Of a stretch of DNA of 64,000 nucleotides, positions 1 through 11,800 are shown one piece after another. The notes beneath the pieces were generated by a model. That model saw nothing but the letters and a program-made list of their open reading frames with translations. It was not told the DNA's origin and made no database searches. The first letter of the stretch is position 1, and every line of letters starts with the position of its first letter. The stretch spans positions 1,736,001 to 1,800,000 of the forward strand of contig OZ296656.1 of the NCBI GenBank assembly GCA_965655095.1. Direction: 5' to 3'. The translations under genes were made by a program, and so were the position numbers. The DNA is from Haplodiscus bocki. Lineage: Eukaryota.

Positions 1-1784
1 GTGAAATAGTTGACCCTCTTATTCTTGACCTAATGCAGACTTTAGCAAAGATAAAAATCAAACACTTCGATAATCGAAACTTTACCTTGCTATTTGTTTC
101 TTTAAAGACGCAAAGTATGACCTCTTCACTCGATGAATACAAGCACACATTCATGAGATTTGAGTTTGTCAGGCTTAGTACTGTTGATTTGTATTTTGAG
201 ATATCGACAAACAACATCGCCCATAAGTAAAGTTGTACTCGTTTTGATTTCCACGCTCCAGATGAAACATATTGTCGTTGCCTCTGATGGTATTAACAAC
301 ATTCAGGAGCTAGAGTTTAAAAATGCTAACAAAAGCGTTCTTTGTATCAACAGTTGAAGCAAGTGGCTATTAATAAATTGATTACATAGATGCAACTAAA
401 TGTGACTTCTTCGAGTCTTAGCAAGTTTAGCATACTTAAAAAACGTTAACTTGAATGAAGTCGGAGCCCAACCCTCAAATATTAGTTTATGCTCAACCAA
501 AGGGCGGGAAAAACCTAAAAATGTGCTTGAATCAAATTTTTGCCCTAGGTTTTTTGTGTCCCCAAAAAATTATTTACATTTAATTAAAAAAATTGTCTCG
601 GCTGCTCAGTTTTTCACTTCTAAGAATTTTAAAATTAAGCGGATGATGTACAGTGCCTTTAAAATCACTTGCATACTGTAATTTTGATGCATCCCACGTT
701 GCCGTATTTCTTTTGGAACATAGTAATGTTGGTTTGAAGAGACATGCAGGGCATAAAGGAGTTTTCCTTTTGCATTATCCATAACTGAAACTACATAAAC
801 CCTCAATTGTTTTTTTTGGGAAAGTCGTGACACCAATCTAAAATGCTGTAGTAACACAGTAAACAGGATTCTTTTGTCATTCGTACCTTTTGTAGGTAGG
901 AAAAACACCTAACTAAAACAGCACGCGTAAAAGTTCCTGATTTCCTACCAATAAATTTTCTTTGTAGGTTAAGAATCATGTCGCATACTACCGCGATATC
1001 CGCTAAGCGTCTACTTGATGCGCTGAAAATTTAGATGAATCACCAATTAGGTGCAAAACATGTTGTTTTGGGCCTGTGTCTCAACCAATACGTACGTTAT
1101 GGAACAATTATCTCTTGAAATTGACTCTCACCTATTTTGCTTTTTCGCATAATTTTCGAAACAAATAGGCTACTTCTTCAATTGGCTGCTTAAGCCTAAC
1201 ACACATTTGTGGGCCAGCGCCTCAGCTAATTGCTGCGTTAGGGAACAATTACCTTGTTAAAATTGAATGTCAAGTATTCAGCATGTTCTTATTCTTTTTC
1301 TTGAGATTCAGAAGCTACTTTTGACATTGATAAAATTAAAGACGTTTAGCTGGAAAGCAACACCACAATCGATATGTACAACAAAAACCCTGAGCTTTCT
1401 CGTTTTTCATTGGGGATTCGGAGCAAGATGTCCGTTTTTCGAAATATTTTCCCGAAAATAGCGGAATTTTTTTCGCTTGATTATTTCCTTCCATTATCGA
1501 AAGGAAAAACAGAGAAGACTTCTACCATACGAACTGCGCTGCTCGGTTCAACTCGTTTTTTCCCATGGAAATGTTTTTTGCCTCCAGAAATCTTGCGAAC
1601 AGTTCCTCGTAAAAGTAACAGATAACATTTTTACAAAAATAACAAAACATCCTTTGATTTCTTCTCAAAAACTGATTTTTTTTTCGCAGAAAGAATTTTA
1701 CCCCAAAATTTAGCCCAACTTGAAGAATGTTCTGCACTAAAGCATTTTTTCGAAAAAAATCCGACCACAAAAGTATCAGAAACG

Positions 1785-2405
1785 ATTTCTACAAGGAAAA
1801 TTGAGTTTTTTGCTGAAAAATGTTTTTTTTTCGAAAATTTCGTCATAACCGTCATTTCTTTCGGCACTTTGGCCACAAAGTTTTTATCGTCAAAAATTAT
1901 CTGTCAACTTATGGAGTCAATTTCACAATGGAGCCGCTCCAGAACGCAAGCTATGTGGATCAATGTGGGAGATATGAGGAAATGGTCGTTTTTCGGCAAT
2001 TTTTTCGTACTTTGATCCGTCATATCTCCACACTTATGACGAGTTGGCAGAAATTTTTTGGCATGCGTATAGGTCACAGTTAATGTGCTTCTCACAAAAA
2101 GTTTCGGCGAATTGCGTATGGATACTGGTGGAGGCGGCAGGAAAAAACTGCAAATTTATGCCAAAAATAGGAATCATTCCGTCGTAAGTCCTTAAACAAT
2201 TGAACTGGAATGATCTAATCTGCACCATTGTTCTTAGAATTGTAAAGTATGCCTGCATACAAAGTTTGAACCAAATCCTATGGGTGGGAGCTGAGATCGC
2301 TATTTCTACACCCCCGTTTCCACAGATGTAAAACACTAACTAATACGGCTCGGCAAAGGGGCCCCTCCCCCGCCTCGCAAAGGCCTGATATGGGGCAAAA
2401 ATCCC
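1785..2405 (+). repeat. Subterminal non-coding region, variant A (end of a preceding family member, or a left terminal repeat)
   Basis: Colinear homology with 53515-54133 and, more distantly, 18685-19300: CGTCATAACCGTCATT, GTCATATCTCC, TTTTTGGCATG, TGCTTC(T/A)CAC, CAAAGTTT, GAGATCG. The left boundary is approximate. Confidence 0.85.
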
Positions 2406-2448
2406 TGACCACCCAGTGGAGGCAACGGTGCAATTTACTAGAGGGCGG
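2357..2448 (+). other. Junction signal 1: GC block (palindrome AGGGGCCCCT at 2357-2366) plus core TGACCACCCAGTGGAGGCA (2406-2424)
   Basis: The same two blocks recur at all five unit junctions, 47-49 bp apart start to start. Confidence 0.9.
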
Positions 2449-2505
2449 GATTTTTTCCATCCAACTTTCTTTTTCTGCATCAATTCTGGTGATTGGTCTG
2501 CAATT

Positions 2506-4285
2506 CTAAATTAAATTGTTGTTGTTATAAACTGGAAACTGTGGTTTGTTCTTTTTTACGAATCCTTTCTCCAGGCTCAAGATTAGCTCGCACAACGCAG
2601 ATTCAACTGCTTTGTGCACGGTTTGTTTCACACCGTAAATGTAGCTATGTTCTGCAAAACCTATGAAAGTTTCTTTTTTCTTTTGAAATTCGTGACAGCA
2701 GCAACGAAGGATGGCAAACGTACTTTCCGATCGACTTTTTCCCGAAGTCAGCTCACAACGGTGAAGTAACAAATTCTCCATTTTATCAGCTGCAGAATTA
2801 AACTATAACTACACAGACCTACCCCTGACCGGCTTCCATATCAATGGACGTCTTCAGTGGAGCTCCTTTCCATTCATTGAATCCAGATTTTTTGAAGAAA
2901 TCATTTGTTTGCGCAATGAGATGTTCCCGAAGCATTTTTTGCTGTTTCTGGTTGCCTTTCTTTGTGCTTCAGAGGAACAAAATAGGTGTTATGTGCTATT
3001 GCAAATCAGTTTAATTTTTTTGAAACATGAAATTGTACATTTAGGAGTTCTGTACTAGAAAAATTCAACAATAGGAAGTTCTGCGCCAAAACCTTTCATC
3101 CAATATGTAACTATAATATTCATATCTCGTCCAAAACATATATAGACCGTTTCATGCTTCCGGAAAATAACCAGATGAGAAAAAGTTACTGGCCACATTC
3201 ATCATTGAATTGAGACAGTTGTTTTCATCAAATTATCGTAAACCAAGTATTATGACAACATGATGACCAACTTGATGACGGATCAGTACTATGAAGTCGA
3301 TTGAATATGTACCTTTCATTTATCAAGTCGTAAAAGTGGTATTTTCATTCTCTACATTTTCAGCTTTTGTCAACATAAAACTTGGTTAATGGAAGCACTT
3401 TTAACAATATCTGAAGGTTACGTGTACAGTTAAAACGCTGCCCCTTCACTCTTGATGTCTTTTTTGAGTGTTTCCGGTTTTAAAGACTTTTTTTCTTTTA
3501 CATACTGTTCAAAAGTGGTCGCGTTTTTCACAACCACTTTTATCGGAGTTTTTCGAAAGATCATATTTGATTGGTTCTGACGCATAGATATCGGAGTTTT
3601 ACACTTTTTCAAATTAACTTTGAAATGTTGTGTGAAAAAATCTTGTCGTTGTCAGAAAAAATTATCCGCGAACGAGCGATTTATGGGTGTGTTTTATTCC
3701 AAGAAGTCTTGACGAAGTTAGTTTTTGGATAGTGAATTTTTATATCAAATCATAAATTCTTTAAGGTCAGCTCCACATTGCCAATTTCTCATCCCTCATT
3801 GGAACCCTCTGAAGTAGACAGTTTTGGTATGTGATTCGATCGTTTGAACTCTTCATCCTGTGAATCCTGACTCACTGAAGTCTCAACTGATAATGGTCGA
3901 CATCTTTTGATCGCTGTCGATAAATTGTGCTATTTGTTTCGGGTGATTTACTTTACTGACGTTTTTTTGGACGAACAATGCTGGATAATGCTTGTAGAAT
4001 CGTTGACTGACTACTAAGTATTGTTCCAAAATTTCCAATTTACAAGGGGAACTCCACTGTTATCAGCGTACATGAATTGTTATTGTGTTTGATGGAGCAT
4101 GAGACGCGGGAAAAATTTGAAAAGTATACAACATAATCGTAACTTTAAAATCATCCCGATTGATGCCAAAGATGATTGCCGTTGAACGAACAGTGTCAAC
4201 GGGCTCCTCAAAGCTGAGCGTGTCAATGGTTTTGCTCCGGAAGAGAAATTGTTTCCATTTATTTTTTACCCGTCTACTGCCTAGA
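2506..4285 (-). pseudogene. Possible decayed minus-strand gene in the left arm (also at +16,895, +33,790 and 54270-56020)
   Basis: The segment is conserved between the two diverged families. Minus-strand peptide fragments match (FAILRCCC/FAILHCCC, WMKGFGAEL/WMKCFGAEL, FMYADNS/FMYDDNS, KNKWKQF/KSKWKQV) but are interrupted by stops and frameshifts in both. Confidence 0.4.
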
Positions 4286-5884
4286 AGCTACAAAGTGTTT
4301 ACGTGCAAGTTCGCAGACTCACATTACCTATAGTTTTCTAACAAACTTGACAGTTTGTGCTTCATTTCATCGTGTTTTTACTGATATTGAAAGTTCTTCA
4401 TGTTTGTGTTGCCTGTGGGTTTCGTTCTTTTTTCCATGTGTTCAACCATTCAATCGGATTTACCATTTTTGGAAGGAAATTCAGAACCGAATGATCAAAA
4501 CTGAGATCATATTATCGTTAGTTTTGACCACAAAAAATTTGTTTTCCCAACGAAACTGTTTGGATTCGCACGTGTTTTGTAGAGATGTTAGCGAAAAAAC
4601 ATTGCGTGTGGAAAAAAATTATTGACGAAAACTACTGCTTGAACGTTCATAGCAAACTGTGTGTTATCTTTGGCGTTGAAGTACCACGCGTCTGACTGTG
4701 CATCAACTTTGAGACGCACTTGTAAGCAAACGATTTCTGATTTTGTTCTTTAATTGTTCAAATGAAACTTTGACGAGTTAAAAGTGTAATCATGATTTTT
4801 CGCGGGGAGAAGACTGCCCCTCCTTTTTCTTGTTTCAAAGTTTCAAAAATCCAATCTCTTCTGTGCGATCATGAAATTGAATTTTTTATTTTTAGCAAGT
4901 TACATAATCGCCGTCGATATTATAGATCTAAATTTTATTGATCAACCGCTGCTGCAAGCATTTGTTTTGTCAGCTGACTCACTTGGTTCTGACAGCTTCC
5001 ATAACCTCCGTTCCATGGAATGATTTTGGATGCCAGGGTTTTCTGAAGAGAGTGACAGGATTGTGAGAATCTTTCAATCATAGTTACCTAAGTTGTTAGG
5101 TTTTTGGGTTTTTTACAGGAAGATTTTTTTTCCGGAGGGAATTTTCACCTGTTGTCAGACTTCAGTCATAAACTATAGGGCGTAATTTCAGTTTGCCTGA
5201 TTTAGTAGTTGGCTCTGGGAAAAACTTTATTTTTACTCCCTTTCTCTCCTGCTCATTTTTCATGATATGTTATTTTAAGTTAACTAAAGTGATAAAGTGC
5301 GCATTTTCTCAAACAGCTTAGGGAATTCGTATAGGTCGCCTCAACACTCATGCGTTCTCAATTGATTTTTCCAACTCAACATTCTTGGCTTTTAAGAACG
5401 ATTGTGATGGGCAATGTAGTCTGATCCCCTCACAATTGGGCAAAAAAAATTGGGAATTAAGCGAACTCGCCGTGTACACAATACTAATTGACGGCAATCC
5501 GTAACATCGAGATATGTTCCACTTGTATGGGTGAACGGAAAAAAAGTTCATGCATACGATTTTTAAACACGATACAAGAGTCGCAATTAACACTAATTAC
5601 AACGCCGCCTCTCCGAGTAAAAACCTGTTTGTTTTCTTTCTCTGATAATTGCCTTGGTTTTGCTTCGTTACCTGCGCAAAACCAAGGCCCACATTGCATA
5701 TGTTTTTCTGGATACTGATTTCCGAATTAATTAGATGCTTCCCTTAATTGAACAGTTTGAAAGCCGAGCAAAACGATGTCATTTTGTACGTTGGTTCTAT
5801 AATGGCGCCAACTCTTTACAATGTATTCACTATTAAAGATGAGTGATTGATAAACTTTTGCGCGAATTTGCTTGTGAAAGAGTA

Positions 5885-8800
5885 ATGCCATCTGGTAAGA
5901 GTGATTTTAAAAGACGTCGCTGTGCAAAATGTGGACGCTTCAGTGAACGTAATCACTCCTGTCCAAATAACACTGACAATGTTTCTTCTACTAGCGAACC
6001 ATTAGGAATTTTGTACAGCATACCTGACAGTAATTTGCTGGTCTCCTCTGTTGATACCCTGCACTTAGAATCAACGTTGGAAGCGATGGGACTGTCCTGT
6101 TCCCCAACAAGCGGCATAATTGTGAATAAAACTAACATTCGCCTCAGTTCTGTTCAACCCTCGCAGAGTCTTTCTATAACGGGTGATGGTAATTGTCTTT
6201 TCACTGCTCTGGGCGTAGCCGTCGGTTTATCTCATGAAAGTGGTCATGATTTGAGGAAACTTATTGTGAGTAACATGGACTCGGTGACTTTTCCGGAAAA
6301 CAGTTTGCAAACCTCAATCTATTCCGCTGAGTTCCCCAACCAGAACAAACTTCTCACCAGCCCAACTGTCAACCACTACCTGAAGACATCGCGAATGGCA
6401 GAAAATGGAGTTTTTGGCACTTGTGTGGAAATTTATACCTTTTGTCAAATTTTTAAATTGGACGTTTATGTATACCACAGTATTTTGAAAAGTTGGCTCG
6501 TTTACAAATGCGACTGCTCAAATGACAGACAAGGAGTTTTCATTCAACAAACGCGAACCAGAGATCACTTTGAGGTAATTAGTGGCTTGACCGAAACATA
6601 CCACACTTCATTACTCCTATCAGAAGATTTTGCTGGTTCGAGTAGTCAATGTGGAAATTCAGCAATGAATACTCAATGCCCCGGAATCCAGAAGACAGCA
6701 CTTGCAGCACTTGATGAAACTGAGCCCTTGCAGAAGCGCAGACGGACTTCAGATTATCCAGTCGCCAATTATTTGATCGAGAATGGAGAAATTAAAACAA
6801 CTTTGACAACTTTTTGTTTGGCCGAAGCTCTTTGTGCTGGAGGAAATACTACAACGCAAAGTAAAGGCCCTCCTCCAACTGCTCTGCAACATCGACAACA
6901 TCAATTTCACAGATTGCCTGGGGACGAGTTAACTGATGAGATTTTTTTGAAATTAACTGAAAACTTTGTACCATCATCGAAACTACCTGAAGAATCAACC
7001 GTTGAAATTGAGTCAAAATTGGTTGTGACAGATACCGTCAATGGCGCTGACATTTGTTGCAAGTGCATGCGGGAAGCCACGGTTTATTTTCCACTGGACA
7101 TTAAGGCCTACAGCAATGCTGGATTGGTTAATAGAAAGTTCGGTAGGAAGCTGAAAAACGAAGTTGTACATCTGTGTTGTTCCTGTTACAGCTATTGTAC
7201 TGCACCAAAGGTTGACTGGCAAATGGCTTGGCCAGCTGTTTTTTTCACGCTCCTTTCTGATACTTCCAAGACAGAAGCTTGTTTAGTCGCTATTTGCTCG
7301 TTGTTACCGCTGGAAATAAGGCAACATTGGCTGGGGGTAATAACCCTTTTCCCTATCTGCATCCAGTGTGTTTTAAATCGGCCGCGTATTCTTGGCACAT
7401 GTACTGTTGATGGAACACGGAGATTGGAACGTTTCGAGCAATTAATGAAAACAATGAGACAAAAAGAAATGGCTGAAGCTTTGGACTCTGAACCGTATCC
7501 AAACATACGTTGCCCTTTTGGTTGTTGGACGTTTATCGAAGATCCCGGGTACATACCAGCACAGCATTTTATAAACTTGATAGACAGAACTTTCACATCA
7601 TTCCAAGCGTCTGCATTCAAGAAACTCAGAGGCGCTAGACTCGACTTCCTGTGTCCTTTGATGTGCTTAGAGACGTTTCTAGTGGCTGCCACAGTGCGGT
7701 TACATGAGAAAGAAGGTTTGGTTGTGCAAACTTGTTCTGCGCATGACAGGGGATGTGCGTTACAGTTCTTGCATCCCCCCAGGCATCCGGAGCTGGGACG
7801 AATTCCAACTTTGTTTGAGGAACGATTAGCTATTGCATCACCTTCATTGTCGTGTGTGAGTAGCTTAAAGGCTAATTATGCTAGCCACACCTATCAACTG
7901 TTTCGGAGCGTTGGGTCTTATAGTGGTATGAGTACTGTTTCGTTGAGACGTAAACGGCGTTGGAACATCACTAGCAATCGTTTGTTCCAAGCTGAAAGAA
8001 CCGCCACGTTTTTCAGGTCAGATATTCCCATTTTAATTAGACAATGGGTTGTTCAAGGTAAAGTGATTGAAGATGTCGCCACTGATCTCTCTCAATATCA
8101 GCCGAAAAATGAAAAATTGATGGAGCATGTCGGCGTAGATCTTGACACCTGCATTCGATTGACGAAGGTGATGGACAAAAACGAACAAGAACTTTTGAGT
8201 AATGTGAAATTTCTACAGTGCTACGCTTTGGCTCAACCAAACAATGAACATGGTTGCTCACCTCCTCCTCTGATCAATGATACTGGAGATACACTCTGGT
8301 TTCTTCAAGCGGCATGCTGCATATCTCCAATTTTATGTTCATCCATGGTGTCTGGCGTTAATCACGTTTTGGCAAAAAATATGTTTTCACTGTTGCGTCA
8401 TACATTTGCTCGGTTTGGAAAAGAAAGCAAGTTGCAGCGTATTTCAGAAGCTCAAGCTGACATTGACAGTATATTGAATAACGCGGCAACTAACAATGAC
8501 AACCCAATCCTAATTTCAAACTTTTTGCAGGCGGGTGGCGTGGTGTTGCACGCATTATGTGCTGACTTATGCCATCTGCAGTTGAGCCAAAGAATAGAAT
8601 TGACTGAGAAAATTCTGCGCGACGTAAAAGTGGATACGAAACACGTGATTGCTACAACAACTGATGTAAACAATCTGAGGAACAAGGTCAACCCACCTCT
8701 CAACATCGTCCTATTTGATGTCCAATTTGAGCTTGTGGGATGTGGTTGCGGTTCTCGGGGTACAGATGCTGTAATTTTGCTTCGGCATGGTGGTCGCTTC

Positions 8801-11800
8801 TGCAATTTTTGGCGTATACTCAAAGCTAACAAGTTTGCTGAACCTTTGTTGGACTCACCTGAGACCTTAGTAGAAAAAATTCTACGAGGCTACTGGACGT
8901 TTTTAATCTACCGAGGAACTAACTCTAAAAAGGTGTCGACTGTAAAGTGGCACTATCTCAGTAATTTAACCGGCCAAGGAGTTTTCATTTGTGACAAACA
9001 TGATGTTCCGTTAACAAAGGACTTCCGACGTAGTAACTACTTCTGTCGATGTGGAAGGTCATCATTCCTCAGATGTGCCTACTCAAAGTGCAACAGTTGT
9101 GTGTGTAAGAAACACTTCGACGAGGGAATGAAACATCCGAACTTACGAGTTTTAGTTGCACCTCTAGCAGAACGAAAATTAACGCCTGAAGTACCGAACG
9201 CTGAAGCTGCAATCAATCCCACACAGTGTGAACTGAATTCCAACATAGCTAGTGTATGTGATGAGGACAAAAGCTTTGTTGAACCAGATTTATCCACCAA
9301 CTGTTTAAGTCAAAACTCAAGTTCATCGGTAGCTTCTTTTCTGTGCAACAACATGAACGCAAACTCGATCAGCGAAAGTCAATTGGCCATGAATAAATTG
9401 AACGTTTGTTCGGGTGAAAGGGCCATTGTTGCTGTACAAGAGGCTTCCAGAGAAGAAGATTACAATATTCCTCTCCACATACTGTTGAATTCACGATGCA
9501 ACTTACTGCACAGGAAAAGAAGTCATCCCATTTCCCTAACCGTTAAAGAGAAACGTTTTATGGAAAACATAACAGCTTCCTCAACATCATCAACGCCTTT
9601 GCTTCAACCGGAAGGGCTGCTTTTTCCTACTATTTTCTGGTCCCAAAGTTTCGATGGCAGCATTGAAGGTGCAATTCCAATATCCCTGTTCCAATCCGAA
9701 AAATACAACAAACAAGTGGGGTTTGCAGGTTTAGAAAACATGCTGCGAACTCGCATCACTGATGGGTCACTTTTAACCTCCAGTCACGCATCATATCTGC
9801 AGTTCGTTTTTGATTGTCTTCTTAATTTACAACTGAGTAAAACCGATATTCGGATTGTGTTGAACAGAGGCTGGCAGGAATTGGGCAGTAAGCCTACAAA
9901 TTACCAGTACTACTCCGCTGAAACTTTCAAGTTCGATTGTGAAGAATCCCGGAAAAATGTCTGTGAAGTAGCAGCACTTATTAGAGATAAAAACCCCACT
10001 TATTTTGTTACATACACATGTGGGCAATCTACTCACCCCGGCTTGCGCAAAATTTTCGAGGCTATTGACAAACTTTACCCGCCCGATATGACATCCAAAG
10101 AATTGAGATTATCTGTAATACAAAGTGAATTAATGCCTATGCTTAGATGTTGGCATCGCGCCTCACAGTATGTAATGCAATGGTTGAAGTGTTCGGCCGA
10201 GCAACCTCTGGGACCAGTCTCCCACTTATGGATGAGGTACGAGTGGCAAGATGAAACTTCGGCCTTTCCACACATCCATGCACTAGTGTGTACAGGAGAA
10301 AACAAGTTTGGTCCGGAAGTTCAATCCCGAGTCTGCTGTTCTAAAGAAACATTCATGGGCGCCTTGAACGATTGTTGTCCAGCGTTATCGGATAGCGAAC
10401 GGTTCCGGTTGGGAGAACTTTTCCAAAAATACCAACGGCACGATTGTGGCAAGGGCAAAAATAGATGTAAAAAGAAAACTGATTGGTTGGGAAAGCCAGT
10501 GTGTAGAGTACCTAAATATCCTGCATCCGTTGGGTTCTCTTACAAGCAAATACAACCTAATTACTCGGAAGAAACTTGGGACTTGTTGAGAGCCATGAAA
10601 TTGTCCTATATTGACCCTAACTCTTCAACAGACAAAGCTGAGGAAGAACTGAAAGCTGGAAAGCATCACTACCCTGCTGCTTACAACGAGCACATTTCAC
10701 CAACAAATGCAGCTTTGTTTGCCTTCACTGAAAGTAGTACGAACGTCCAAATTTGTGACGACGAAATGTGTTCACGCTACGTTGCAAAGTATGCTGCCGG
10801 CGTGGAAGGTCGGGCGTTCACAAAAATAGTAGCGTCTGCTGGTGAGGATGAAGTGAAAGTCCAAACGGAACCTATTGTGAACGAAAAAATAGCTGGTGTC
10901 CAAACCAGCGTTACCAAAAAACGTCGGGATGATGATAAACGGAAATCTGTAACAGGAAGAATTGTTAGCATAACTGAATGCTTGTGGTGGGCTTTGCAGT
11001 TGCCATACGTTTGCACAAACGTAGATTTCATTCATGTACCAACAGTTCCGAAAGAGTTCAGATCTGGAATAGTGATAGAAAAACAAATTGCGAGGACGAT
11101 GAACTTCAGTGCTGTTTTTGCCGAAGCTGTTCGAATTCGGAAAAACGTTTTGAAGCTTCCAAAACATCGACAATTAACAAGAAATCAAGAATTGTTGTTG
11201 GCAGATGTCGAAGCAAGTTCGATTACGCCTGACAAAGTGACTATTTTTGGCCTTAGACCACCGGAACTTTTGTTTGTCAGCAGTTTGAAAAGTTATTTTA
11301 GTTGGTTCGTTAGATTCAAAATCAACAGCTCGAAAGGGAAAAGTAGTCATGAGATTTTGTTGAGCCGTGCATCGTGTAATGACTTTTGGGTTGATTGTCT
11401 TGGATACGCTATCAAGATACGCCCACCCGCAATTTCTGATTTTCTTGATTTTTGTTCAACGAGAAGTGATAACCGGAGAGACGAAGTTTTGAAACAGGAG
11501 TGCCGCAAACATGTTCTCCCCAAATTGCAAGGAACCAACAGTTGCCCCAGACTGGTGGCGTACAATCATTGTTTTTCAGATCAAAAAGCCATAGTGGTTT
11601 TCACAAATACTCTACCCAGTAGTCCAACAAAGTTCTTGTTGCATTTTGTGCTAACTTTTGGTTCGTTTGACACCGAACTTGACATTCTCGCAGTTTCCTC
11701 TCTCAGGGAATCTTTTATAGCTGCCAAACTGGTGGAGCGTAACAACATTACTGTTGCAGTCGTGCTTCAACTAGCTCGCCGCTATCTATTGCAACAGCTC

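Noticed and set aside
1-1780. Short ORFs in the left flank
   Set aside because: AT-rich and low in complexity, with no recognisable domain; I could not assign this region to host or element.
1820-2083. Similar short ORFs at 1820-2083 and 53597-53779 (YGVxFxxEPLQ)
   Set aside because: The similarity is explained by the shared subterminal DNA repeat; variant B does not keep the frame.
2406-2424. The 19-bp repeat as an ordinary target-site duplication
   Set aside because: It also occurs between the tandem copies and at the start of the diverged element, so it is a conserved element or target motif, not a random duplication.
2430-2445. CTAG near the junction as a canonical Helitron 3' end
   Set aside because: The equivalent position is CCAG at junctions 4 and 5, it is not followed by T, and it lies inside the repeated unit.
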